This document shows, one piece after another, positions 25,400 through 34,148 of a stretch of DNA of 38,681 nt; positions within the stretch are counted from its first letter, which is position 1, and each line of letters opens with the position of its first letter. The DNA lies in IMG/VR virus record IMGVR_UViG_3300024331_000159, positions 1 through 38,681 of that record; one strand, written 5' to 3'. A program made the position numbers and the translations under genes. Source of the stretch: a virus. Its lineage: Duplodnaviria; Caudoviricetes. The notes under the pieces are model-generated. The model ran no database searches and was not told where the DNA came from. It saw only the letters and a list, made by a program, of their open reading frames with translations.

Positions 25400-25818
25400 C
25401 CGGCCTCCGCTTTCCGTTTCACATCCTCCATGAATTCGCGCTTCTGCTTCGGCAGGTTCAGCAGGTAAGCGTCCCAGCACGCCTTGGTGATGACGTCCGA
25501 ATTGCGCTCGTCCATGTAGGAACGGATTACCTCGAGCCCTTCGTCGGAGTTGTACTCTGGATGCCGCGCGATGATCCCAGCCCAAAACAGAGCGCTGATA
25601 AAAATCGGCTCACCTACATGCGACCAGGCCGCGAGCTCTGTCAGCTTGATTCCCATGGGGTATTTCTTGCAGACGGTTTTTTCCTGCAGTGCCGCCGCCG
25701 CGTTGAAGTCGTAACAGATATGGAATTCTTTCTTTTCCGTCACGCCACCGTCGTCTTGCACTTCCAACGTGAGCGACAATGCCTGAATGATTCGCTTCTT
25801 TAGTGCCGTTTCAGCCAT
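25276..25818 (-). CDS. Tail assembly chaperone (gpG-like)
   Basis: Between tail tube and tape measure; AGGAGG RBS; YDFNA motif. Confidence 0.85.
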   Translation of the reverse strand: MAETALKKRIIQALSLTLEVQDDGGVTEKKEFHICYDFNAAAALQEKTVCKKYPMGIKLTELAAWSHVGEPIFISALFWAGIIARHPEYNSDEGLEVIRSYMDERNSDVITKACWDAYLLNLPKQKREFMEDVKRKAEAGLKQPDPPIPAANNATPEPIGSTSGPSPDTTSALTMTSSAG

Positions 25819-25837
25819 TACGACAGCCTCCTAAGAC

Positions 25838-25869
25838 AAAAAAGGGCGAGCCGACGAATCGACCCGCCC
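25838..25869 (-). terminator. Intrinsic terminator after the tail tube gene
   Basis: GGGCGGGTCGA-TTCG-TCGGCTCGCCC followed by TTTTTT. Confidence 0.85.
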
Positions 25870-25894
25870 AAGATTTCCACCGAATGAAAACTGA

Positions 25895-26329
25895 TTACGC
25901 GCCAGGCGTGAAAGTGACCGCTCCGGTGACCTGCAGCTTCACGGACTTGGTCGCAGCCTTGCCGAAATCGAGCGCAATGTCTTCGCTCTCGACGTAGGCG
26001 AGGAAGGTCCATGCGCCGCCACCAGCGCTCTCCGGCAACAGCACCTTCCACGGGCTTTTTACCTGATTGTTATAGTCGTCGAGGAGTGTCGCTTGGGTTG
26101 CATCACCCGGTAAATAGTTCACTTCGAAATCCCATGTGCCCGGGGTCTTCATCGTTGGCAGCATTTCCTCATCGGAACCGCTGTCCATGTTCGTGACGTT
26201 GTCAAAATTCGACTTCGCGCCGGTTCGGGTGATCTTCCGGACTTCTGCAAGAGTCGTGTAGCCTGTCGGTGCGTCGGGGTTCGTCCCGCGTTGTAGCTGC
26301 GTTCCCCGTGGACATACTGCGTTGCTCAT
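25895..26329 (-). CDS. Major tail tube protein
   Basis: GTQLQRG, AEVRKI, DNVTNMDS, FEVNYLP, KLQVTG; AAAAGGAG RBS. Confidence 0.9.
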   Translation of the reverse strand: MSNAVCPRGTQLQRGTNPDAPTGYTTLAEVRKITRTGAKSNFDNVTNMDSGSDEEMLPTMKTPGTWDFEVNYLPGDATQATLLDDYNNQVKSPWKVLLPESAGGGAWTFLAYVESEDIALDFGKAATKSVKLQVTGAVTFTPGA

Positions 26330-26383
26330 GGTTTTCTCCTTTTAGTTTCGAAACTTTCCCAGGGGAACCCCCGGAAAAACTTG

Positions 26384-26791
26384 TTAGGTGCCGCTGTCCT
26401 GATACGTGATCTTGAAATCGACTGCCGTGCAGTAGACGGACGGCGCATCCTCAAACAGGTCCACTTCGCTCTCGCGCTGGGCATGTTCGATGATCGTTCC
26501 GTCGTCCAAGGCCCCGGTGAAAAGCTCGAGCTCTTGCCGCAGAACCCGGGCGACTTTCTTCGCGTTGGCATAGAGCTTGCCGTAGCAGTTAAATTGCATC
26601 CGCGAGTGTTGCAGCTGATCCGGGCCATCCATCGAGAATTCCCCGTCGCCGTGGATCTCGCGGTAGACGATGGCGGGAAGGTCGGAGGGGGCTTTGAGCT
26701 CAGGCAGCTGCCCTGCATAGGTGCGCGGCCCGACCAGTGCCGAAATCGGCCCGTTGGCGGTTAGAAAGCTCTGTATCCCTTCGACCAGCAT
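26384..26791 (-). CDS. Tail terminator protein (DUF3168-like)
   Basis: ALVGPRTY, LPAIVY, RMQFNCY; synteny. Confidence 0.85.
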   Translation of the reverse strand: MLVEGIQSFLTANGPISALVGPRTYAGQLPELKAPSDLPAIVYREIHGDGEFSMDGPDQLQHSRMQFNCYGKLYANAKKVARVLRQELELFTGALDDGTIIEHAQRESEVDLFEDAPSVYCTAVDFKITYQDSGT

Positions 26792-27265
26792 CTATTGCAG
26801 CTTCAGCCCTTCATCTTCGAGCGTCTGGCGGAGATCAGCCTTGAACTTGTCCAGAACTTCCTGTTTTTTGGCCTCGAAAGAGGGCACAGCGAATGCGTAT
26901 GCCGGTGGCGCTGGGACCTTGCCCGTAGTTCCACCTTTTTTGCGAAACCGGACCTTGGTGCCCTTTTCCATGAAAACGGCCCAAAACACCTTTCTAGGAA
27001 CGCCTACAGCGACCGATCCTTCAAGATCCGACTTCACGCGCACCCTCATCGTTAAGGTTTTCGCGATTACGCCGAATAGATCAAAGCCGCCCTTGAAATG
27101 GTGAACACCTCGGACGACTCGAGCCTTCATCTCGGTCAACCAAATCTGCCCCGCAGCCCGCAGCGATCGCCTCATGATCTTGCGCGAAGCCTTGATAGGC
27201 AGGTGCTCAAGCTTGTCCTGGAGCTCGGAAAGGCCGCTGATTTTTACTTCGACGACTTTTGCCAT
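26792..27265 (-). CDS. HK97 gp10-like tail completion protein
   Basis: ISGLSELQDKL, FMEKGT, PAYAFAVPSFE; synteny. Confidence 0.85.
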   Translation of the reverse strand: MAKVVEVKISGLSELQDKLEHLPIKASRKIMRRSLRAAGQIWLTEMKARVVRGVHHFKGGFDLFGVIAKTLTMRVRVKSDLEGSVAVGVPRKVFWAVFMEKGTKVRFRKKGGTTGKVPAPPAYAFAVPSFEAKKQEVLDKFKADLRQTLEDEGLKLQ

Positions 27266-27646
27266 TTAGGAAGCGACGTTGATCGCCGAGTCATTGCGTT
27301 CGCTGCACAGCAAGAACAAAATCTTTTGCTGCTCGTCAGGGTCCACGGCGGCTTCTATCTTGAAGACACGGTCACGAAACCAAATACGCATACTGGCTTT
27401 CACGCCGGAGAGATAGCGAATCGTTACGCGGTGCGTAACTTCTGAAGCCTCTTGCTGTGCGGTATAAACCGTTCGCCCAAAGGCAGTCGCGGAGAGGGCT
27501 TCGACAGCAGCCCATACCTCCGCGAATACCGTCACATCTTCGGGGTCCCATCCACCTGAGGTGTCTTTCGTCAGGTTTAGCTGAACGATCTTCACCCGCC
27601 AACGGAAGTTCGTTCCGTTGATGATGACGTCTGAATCGAGAGGCAT
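27266..27646 (-). CDS. Head closure protein (SPP1 gp16-like)
   Basis: VWAAVEAL, THRVTIRY, MRIWFRDRVFKI. Confidence 0.9.
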   Translation of the reverse strand: MPLDSDVIINGTNFRWRVKIVQLNLTKDTSGGWDPEDVTVFAEVWAAVEALSATAFGRTVYTAQQEASEVTHRVTIRYLSGVKASMRIWFRDRVFKIEAAVDPDEQQKILFLLCSERNDSAINVAS

Positions 27647-28441
27647 TTAGGCTGCGGAGACGTCGCGATCGGCCTTTGCGACAACCTCGAACTCTTCGGC
27701 GTTTGTTCCACCAGACGCGATAGTGATGTTCGTCACGTCGTAGAATACGGCCAATGTGCTCGACAGGTCCGTCTCGTGGTTGATTGTGTGGGTGGTAAGC
27801 GTCGCCGTCAGTGCCGCTGTCGTCAGGTCGAGTTTCTTTCCGGTTACAGTGACGACCGGCGAACTCGACAGCGCGGTCACATTCTTTATGACAAGCTTCG
27901 CGCCGGCATAAAGAGTTTTGTCGATCGCGGCGACGTGGGCGTAGGTTCCAGCCGCTGCGCCGGTCATGCTGAAGGTTGCGAGAACCAGGTCATTTGGGTT
28001 GAAGGCATTCTGCTTCGAAAGCGTCTTCAGGTATTTCTTGAAGAATCCGTGCGCGCGAAGCGTCGGGGTCATGCCCGTCGGCCCGTTCAGAGAAGTCAGG
28101 TACGCGTCGAGGCCCGCGAAGCCGTACCCCTTCAGATGTGTGTCGATGGCTTTGATCATGTTGCTAATGCTGGGAATCGCCAAAAGGAAGCCATCCGGAG
28201 GCACAGGGTGATTTTCTGCGAGGATCCGCGCCGGCGGGAGCAAGTCCGCCTCGACGTCCATATCGTCCAAGCCGAGGATGAAAGTGCCGATGCCTCCGGC
28301 CCCGGTCAAAACGTTGTCTGATGCCAGCGCCATTCCAGCATTGAAACTATCGTTGAATTCGGGATCGCCAACGGACTCGCTGGCGAAACGTGCGAGTTTA
28401 TCGAGGATCGTTGTCAAATCGCCTTGTGAAATCTGCCCCAT
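27647..28441 (-). CDS. Hypothetical structural protein between connector and closure genes
   Basis: 264-aa ORF with AAGGAG RBS; helical N-half, beta-rich C-half. Confidence 0.75.
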   Translation of the reverse strand: MGQISQGDLTTILDKLARFASESVGDPEFNDSFNAGMALASDNVLTGAGGIGTFILGLDDMDVEADLLPPARILAENHPVPPDGFLLAIPSISNMIKAIDTHLKGYGFAGLDAYLTSLNGPTGMTPTLRAHGFFKKYLKTLSKQNAFNPNDLVLATFSMTGAAAGTYAHVAAIDKTLYAGAKLVIKNVTALSSSPVVTVTGKKLDLTTAALTATLTTHTINHETDLSSTLAVFYDVTNITIASGGTNAEEFEVVAKADRDVSAA

Positions 28442-28453
28442 AGCTATTTCTCC

Positions 28454-29308
28454 TTAACCTTCGGTTGGATTGAAGTCCTTAATTCGGTGTTCCCACAGCA
28501 GGTCCCTAAGATGACTCGGGAGTTCGGTCGGCTTGGCTCCCGGCGTGGTCAGAAGCGGATCGCGGAAGTCATAGAGGCCCTTGGTGTAGATCAGCAGCGG
28601 CGTTTTAAAGATGGCAGGAACCGCATCCGCATTGACGCCGTACCCTGCGATGAAATAAATCCGCACCGCATTCGGAATCCGCTGCGCGAGCGGCCAGCAA
28701 TAGCTTCCTCGATTGACGTTCGGGTAGATGCGGCCTGGCTCCGAATTCGTATCGACCAAAAAATCCCCGGCCGGCGCAGGACCGATGCACTTCCAGCTGA
28801 TTTCGCCGTCGTCGACTGTATCGCCAGGAGTTGTCGGCCAGGTCGGTTCGGTTTCCCCACTACTGCTTGGATCTCCGCCGCCTTCTTCCTCGCCTGTCGC
28901 AACTTCCTGAATGTTGCCGTTCGGATCGAGTATCTGAAAGCCGACGATGTAGACCGTGCTCGAGCTCCAGGAAGCGTCGACCTTCGGCACCATGGTCTGC
29001 AGCGTTCCAGTGAGGTCGAAATATTCGACTTTCGACACTTGCGCCAGCGGCGACCGGGAGATCTTGATCTCCAAAGGATGCCGGCCGGAATGGTGATGCC
29101 CTCGATGCGGAAAGTAGTCGAGCGCCTGGACGAACGACTTGTTCACCAGCGACCGCCCCAGGAACCCCTCGATCTTGTCCGTGGCAGCGGTCAGGTACAT
29201 AGTGATCAAGTCGTCGTCGACAGTCGTGTCGATCTTCATGTGGTTCTTGGCCACCTGAAGCGGCACCGCCAGCGTCGCAGCCGGCGTTATGACTTTGAGT
29301 CCTGGCAT
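28454..29308 (-). CDS. Head-tail connector (HK97 gp6-like) with inserted domain
   Basis: AKNHMKID..DDDLI..YL.AA, GRSL, FIAGYG, LYDFRD. Confidence 0.88.
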   Translation of the reverse strand: MPGLKVITPAATLAVPLQVAKNHMKIDTTVDDDLITMYLTAATDKIEGFLGRSLVNKSFVQALDYFPHRGHHHSGRHPLEIKISRSPLAQVSKVEYFDLTGTLQTMVPKVDASWSSSTVYIVGFQILDPNGNIQEVATGEEEGGGDPSSSGETEPTWPTTPGDTVDDGEISWKCIGPAPAGDFLVDTNSEPGRIYPNVNRGSYCWPLAQRIPNAVRIYFIAGYGVNADAVPAIFKTPLLIYTKGLYDFRDPLLTTPGAKPTELPSHLRDLLWEHRIKDFNPTEG

Positions 29309-29503
29309 TTACTTTTTCTTTTTCTTACCCGGGGTCTCCGCTTCTTCATGTACTTCTTCCTCGACCTGCGGCGGCGCGTCGATAAATTCGGCATGGCCGT
29401 GCTTTTCGAGATCGACCGCAAGCTTGTCGTCCACTTCGATTTCCTGCCCCTTGCAGCCGTTCAGGCCTGCATGCGTTACGTTTTCCAGTAGGCGAATCTT
29501 CAT
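29309..29503 (-). CDS. Small head-associated hypothetical protein
   Basis: MKIRLL...GQEIEVDDKLAVDLEKHGHAE pattern; coupled junctions. Confidence 0.75.
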   Translation of the reverse strand: MKIRLLENVTHAGLNGCKGQEIEVDDKLAVDLEKHGHAEFIDAPPQVEEEVHEEAETPGKKKKK

Positions 29504-29703
29504 TTCTTCCCCTTTTTCTTCTTAGATTTGCTGGCTTCAGGGCTGGGATCATCGGCAACCACCGCGATCTCTTGGGGCGAAAGCGGTTTTGCCTCGTCGG
29601 AATATCGTTCTGCGCGACCGAGATTGATCAGATCTCGCGCGACAGCGAATTTCATTTCTTGAATCTCGCCCTTTTTCGGGCCATCTTTCATCACGATCAA
29701 CAT
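29500..29703 (-). CDS. Small hypothetical protein, same pattern as its neighbour
   Basis: GEIQEMKFAVARDLINLGRAE plus Lys tail; start uncertain. Confidence 0.65.
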   Translation of the reverse strand: MLIVMKDGPKKGEIQEMKFAVARDLINLGRAERYSDEAKPLSPQEIAVVADDPSPEASKSKKKKGKK

Positions 29704-29773
29704 AAAGGGAGTGGGCGACCCAGGGGTGGTATGGATCGCCCGCGTCTGCTCCGTTTTTGGTTTGACTTTGTTT

Positions 29774-30265
29774 TTAAGTCGTGGCGGTGACTTGGGTCGC
29801 GCCGGCAAACCGTGCGCCGGTGAGGATTGCAACGGCGCTCGCGATGACGCTGTTCGAGCCGTTGGTCAGCACCAGTTGCACGTAGGGATTGCCGTCCGGC
29901 AGTTCACGCGCATCGATTTCGATGACGTAGATGATGCCGTCGTTCGCCGACGGCGTGTAACCCGCCGCCGCGACCGCAGTCCGTGCGCCGAGGACGTTCT
30001 GATCCGCGCCAGCCGTTTCCTGAACGTAAATCGAAAACGCCATCGCGGTGTTGCCAGCGACGTCGCTTCCGATTGCCGCGGTTGCCGTGCCGTACTGCAC
30101 GATGATCTTCGTGAAGGCCGCAGCCGATACGCCGATCTGAAGCAGGATCGTCGCATGGCCATGGTTCTTCATGTTGAACGCTTGGCACTTTTTCCCGCCG
30201 GTAATATCGACGGCCGGCAAGATGTTTACAAAATGAGCTTGTTCCGCTAACACTGCACCTTGCAT
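29774..30265 (-). CDS. Putative capsid decoration protein
   Basis: Beta-rich 163 aa, directly after the capsid gene, AAAAGGAG RBS. Confidence 0.7.
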   Translation of the reverse strand: MQGAVLAEQAHFVNILPAVDITGGKKCQAFNMKNHGHATILLQIGVSAAAFTKIIVQYGTATAAIGSDVAGNTAMAFSIYVQETAGADQNVLGARTAVAAAGYTPSANDGIIYVIEIDARELPDGNPYVQLVLTNGSNSVIASAVAILTGARFAGATQVTATT

Positions 30266-30344
30266 TTTGTGTTTCTCCTTTTCCTGAATTTTTGAAGGGC
30301 GGCGTCAAAGCGCACCGCCCAGGCCGAATTGTTTATGCGACCGA

Positions 30345-31649
30345 TTACGGACGGGTCGCGAGAGTGATGAAGGGCGACTGCGTGTTGCTGCCGTTCTTCG
30401 GGGTCAAGGCCGAATTCCACCAGGGCTGGCCGTCGCAGCGGTAGATCATGCGGAACGTCATCTCATCGTTCAGGAAGCGGACATGCATGGACGAATCCTG
30501 CCGCACGCCGCCCTTGTCGATCATCACGTACTGGCTCAGATCGGCCAGAACGATGTCACCGGGCGTCCCGAGCGTCGCGTTGTGCTCGGTCGGAATTACC
30601 GGCCGGCCCAACAGCGTGCCGTACTGGTTGCCGTTATTCCCCGGAGGGAAGTACAGCAACTGGACGGCGGTGCCGCTGCCCAAGGTCAGAGGGAACAGCT
30701 TCGGTTCGACGTCCTGATTGATCAGCCAAACGGCGTTGGCTCGGCTGCGCGCAGGCAGGCGAGACCACATGTTCAGCACGTCGGTCGTGCTCACCGTCGC
30801 CGAGGAATCGGCGCTGTCCTTGGCGACCTGAATGACGCAGTTGGCGTTGATGAAGCCCAAAGGCTTCCCGACGCCGTCTCCGCTGAAGATCGCATCCTCG
30901 AGCTTGAATCCGATTTCTTCCGTGAAGGCCTCGGTGAAAACCGCTTCGAGCGCGGTCGAGTCCTGCAGGATTTCGTCGGTGGCATAGAAGACCGCCCCGA
31001 GCTTTTGCAGGTTCAATTCGATCTGGCGGAACTTCGGCTTGGATGCGGTCAGCGCGTCAGCTTCGTTCATCCAGTACCCGCGCACTCCGCCCCAACGGGA
31101 TCCGTCGGCGCGGCTGGTCTCGTCGATGGCGTTAATCTTCAGGCCGTTGAAGTTGGCGCCGACCGGGATGTGCAGCACCCGGGAAGAAATCGACCCGGTT
31201 TCATACACGCGCTTCAGGACCGTGTTCGACAGGTCCTTCTGCACCAGATAACCGCCGTCCGATGGAACCGCCTCGGAGGCTCCGGAAGCCGCGGCAAAGA
31301 GCCGCGGATCGACGCGACGGCCGCCACTGCGCTCGGCCATCACGATCGCCATCAGCTGCTCGCCCAATGAGGCGAACTTGGTGGCATCTTTCGGGCCAGG
31401 CGCTCCGGCTGCCGCGGCCGCTCCGGCGTTTGAATCGCCGACGGGGTGCAGGCTGCGTTCCATTTCGAGAAGATGGGTTTCCCGCTTCAGATCCTCTTCG
31501 ATCGAGGCAAGAAGAGCCACGTTCTTGTCATATGCGACCTTTTCCTCTTCGGTAAGGCCACGATCCTCGGCGCGCGCCTTATCGAGCTGGGCACGCATTT
31601 GCTTCGTCAAATCGGCCTTGCGTTGAAACAAGGCTTTTGTATTCGACAT
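30345..31649 (-). CDS. Major capsid protein, HK97 fold with N-terminal delta domain
   Basis: Coiled-coil N-terminus, DGGYLV, GDGVGKPLG, TLLGRPVI, ADLSQY; ATG 8 nt after AGGAG. Confidence 0.97.
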   Translation of the reverse strand: MSNTKALFQRKADLTKQMRAQLDKARAEDRGLTEEEKVAYDKNVALLASIEEDLKRETHLLEMERSLHPVGDSNAGAAAAAGAPGPKDATKFASLGEQLMAIVMAERSGGRRVDPRLFAAASGASEAVPSDGGYLVQKDLSNTVLKRVYETGSISSRVLHIPVGANFNGLKINAIDETSRADGSRWGGVRGYWMNEADALTASKPKFRQIELNLQKLGAVFYATDEILQDSTALEAVFTEAFTEEIGFKLEDAIFSGDGVGKPLGFINANCVIQVAKDSADSSATVSTTDVLNMWSRLPARSRANAVWLINQDVEPKLFPLTLGSGTAVQLLYFPPGNNGNQYGTLLGRPVIPTEHNATLGTPGDIVLADLSQYVMIDKGGVRQDSSMHVRFLNDEMTFRMIYRCDGQPWWNSALTPKNGSNTQSPFITLATRP

Positions 31650-31759
31650 GTCCAATGCTCCTTTTTTGAATTAGTTACACGACGCCGCCGGCGGTCAGAT
31701 GACTGAACGCAATTTGGCGCATTCCTGCCGTTGCCAGTTGCCCGACAGCGACTGAATTT

Positions 31760-32668
31760 CTATAGAAGTGCGAGTTCCCTTTCGCGAAGATCGTGGTCCG
31801 CTGAGGCGCTCATGCGCTTGGTCGATGCGACGACGCCGAAACGCGCAAGCGTTTCATCGAGAGTCGCGACTCCGTCGACCATTCCCTGCTTCAAGGCCAG
31901 CGAGGCCATGACCATGCGGCCTTGGCCATAGCCGTCCGCTACGGCGGTCTGCGCAACGCCGCGATTCTTGGCGACAGCCTTCACGAACATCGAATAGAAG
32001 TGATCGACGTCTGCCTGAAGGGCGGCCTTCGCCTCGTCGGAGAGCGGCTGATAGGGGTTGCCCTCGGTCTTGTACTTGCCGGCGCTGATCAGCGTGACCT
32101 TCACGCCTTCCTTTTCAAGCGCCTGCGACCAGTCCTCGTGCGCGCCCCACACGCCGATCGAGCCGACGGCGCCGCTAGGCGTGACTACGAGTTCGCTGGC
32201 CGCGGATGCCAGCCAATAGGCCGCGCTGGCCGCCATGGTGTTGGCCACAGCCACGATTTTCTTCTGCCCGCGCGCGGAGTGGATCTCGTCGGCGAGCTCC
32301 GGCACGCCGTCGACCGAGCCGCCCGGAGAATCCACGTCGAAGACAATCGCTTTCACGTTCGGGTCATTCAGCGCCTGGCGGAAGGTTGCAGTCAGCTTTT
32401 CGATAGAAGTTCCGCCCGGCCCGCTGATGTCCTGCACCATGTTCATGCGGTGAGCGACGACGCCGTAAATCGGAATGAGCGCGACCACGCCCGGAGTCTT
32501 CGGCGTGACGCGCGGACCGGCGCCGATGCGATCGCGAACTTCCTCGTCCGTCAGTTTGTTGCCGGCGCCCCAGAACTGCATCAAAGCATCGATCTGCCGC
32601 AGCTTGTCCGGGAGGATGGCCCACGGTTTTCCGTAAAATTCAGACCGGATGTGCTGATATTTATTCAT
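31760..32668 (-). CDS. Prohead protease, S49 family
   Basis: DVDSPGG, AASAAYWLASAA, GSIGV, AGKYKTEGNPY. Confidence 0.95.
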   Translation of the reverse strand: MNKYQHIRSEFYGKPWAILPDKLRQIDALMQFWGAGNKLTDEEVRDRIGAGPRVTPKTPGVVALIPIYGVVAHRMNMVQDISGPGGTSIEKLTATFRQALNDPNVKAIVFDVDSPGGSVDGVPELADEIHSARGQKKIVAVANTMAASAAYWLASAASELVVTPSGAVGSIGVWGAHEDWSQALEKEGVKVTLISAGKYKTEGNPYQPLSDEAKAALQADVDHFYSMFVKAVAKNRGVAQTAVADGYGQGRMVMASLALKQGMVDGVATLDETLARFGVVASTKRMSASADHDLRERELALL

Positions 32669-32680
32669 TGGCGTTCACCT

Positions 32681-33961
32681 TTAGGCGTTAGCATCTTCCG
32701 TGCTTTCGCGAGAATCGATTGGATCCGCAGGCGGCGCGCTGCCAACCGGCGTAGACATGTTCGACGGGCGCATATAGGTATCTCCCCCGTTCTCTTTCGA
32801 AATCGGGTTGAGGTTCTCCGCACGGCGCACATCGTTCGGCGACATAAATCCGTTCTGGACTGCCACGGAATAGGCTTCATACCTGCTCTTCAAGTCGCCC
32901 CGGAGCAGCGCATCCATAAGAAACTCGGCGAAATACTCGTCCGAACCGATTTGCAGCGGCTTAATCAGGTCCACCTTGATGCGGCGCTCCCAGCGCACGA
33001 CGCGCGGACGGATGCAGTCGGTCGCGAACTCGATGTTTTGCTGCTCGATGTTTGAGAACGTGGCCTTGGTCAGGTCACCGATCTTATGTGCCTGCATCCT
33101 GAAAAAGCGGGCGATCTCAGCTGTCGAAAAGACCCGCGCCTCGAGGAACTGCGAGTCCTTGTTGTTCAGTGAAATCGCTTGGTACTTGATTCCCTCTTCG
33201 AGAATCGCGATCTTGTGCCGGTTGTGCCCGGCGTGCGCTTCCTGGAAGGTTTCCTTTGCCCTCTTGTAGGCCTCTTGGCTCATCGTCTGCGGATGTTCCA
33301 GAACGCCGCGTGGCTGCGCATCGTTCTCGAGGAAGCGCGCCGCATAGTCTTGTTGCCCTAGGCCGACGCCGATGGCTTCGCGGGCCAGCGAAATTGTGCT
33401 CATCCCCGTCATGCCGTCGGACGAAAGCCCGCGCATGTGGAATATCTCTTCCTGCGCATAGATCTCCGGCTTACCGGTGTACCAATCGGTGACTCGATAT
33501 TGCAGCCGGCCGTTAGACAGGCGCCGGACCTGAACGCGATCCGGATGAATCGGAATCAGTTGATCGACGGCGCCGGCGGGCCCCGATTGAATCAGCGAAT
33601 AAGCGTTCCCGCGCAGCTCGAGGTGCCCCTGGCACATCTCGATCCATTCCATGGACGTCTGCCATTGATTCGGCTGATCATGGAGCACCTTATAGAGCGG
33701 ATGCTCGGTCGCGCGAATCTTTCCGCCATCCGGAAGCCGCTTGTAAATGATTAGCGGCAGCGAAGCGATGGTTTCCGCGCAAACCCTGACGCAGGCATAG
33801 ACCGCTGCAAGCCTGAGCGCGGTTTCCGGAGTGACGTTCTGCCCAGATGCCGAACCATAGCCCGTATATCCGCTGTAATAGCGGTCATCGAGCGGATTGA
33901 CCGATGTTCCGCCACCCGCAGAAGCTTCGAGCGAGCTGCGAAACAGCCTAACGAGTCCCAC
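32681..33961 (-). CDS. Portal protein, HK97 family
   Basis: AVYACVRVCAETIASLP, GNAY, EIARFF, FSNIEQQ, NDVRRAENL. Confidence 0.97.
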   Translation of the reverse strand: MGLVRLFRSSLEASAGGGTSVNPLDDRYYSGYTGYGSASGQNVTPETALRLAAVYACVRVCAETIASLPLIIYKRLPDGGKIRATEHPLYKVLHDQPNQWQTSMEWIEMCQGHLELRGNAYSLIQSGPAGAVDQLIPIHPDRVQVRRLSNGRLQYRVTDWYTGKPEIYAQEEIFHMRGLSSDGMTGMSTISLAREAIGVGLGQQDYAARFLENDAQPRGVLEHPQTMSQEAYKRAKETFQEAHAGHNRHKIAILEEGIKYQAISLNNKDSQFLEARVFSTAEIARFFRMQAHKIGDLTKATFSNIEQQNIEFATDCIRPRVVRWERRIKVDLIKPLQIGSDEYFAEFLMDALLRGDLKSRYEAYSVAVQNGFMSPNDVRRAENLNPISKENGGDTYMRPSNMSTPVGSAPPADPIDSRESTEDANA

Positions 33962-34148
33962 TGGTTTCCTTTGGTCTGCCGCTCAAGATGTACGAGTACC
34001 AAATCAAAAACGCGCCGGCGATGATCAGCGCAGCCGGGCGATAGATCCAAAAGACTCCGGAAACCAGGAGCAAAAGGCCGATGAGCGCGATGACGTCTTC
34101 GCCGTCCGGCCGCCAGCCGACTTTCTTTTCCTCGACCGGTTCGGTCAC
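33948..34148 (-). CDS. Small two-TM membrane protein
   Basis: GLLLLVSGVFWIYRPAALIIAG; lies between terL and portal. Confidence 0.8.
   Translation of the reverse strand: MTEPVEEKKVGWRPDGEDVIALIGLLLLVSGVFWIYRPAALIIAGAFLIWYSYILSGRPKETSGTR

Noticed and set aside
30297-30320. Terminator after the capsid gene
   Set aside because: An imperfect hairpin is present but lacks a convincing U-tract
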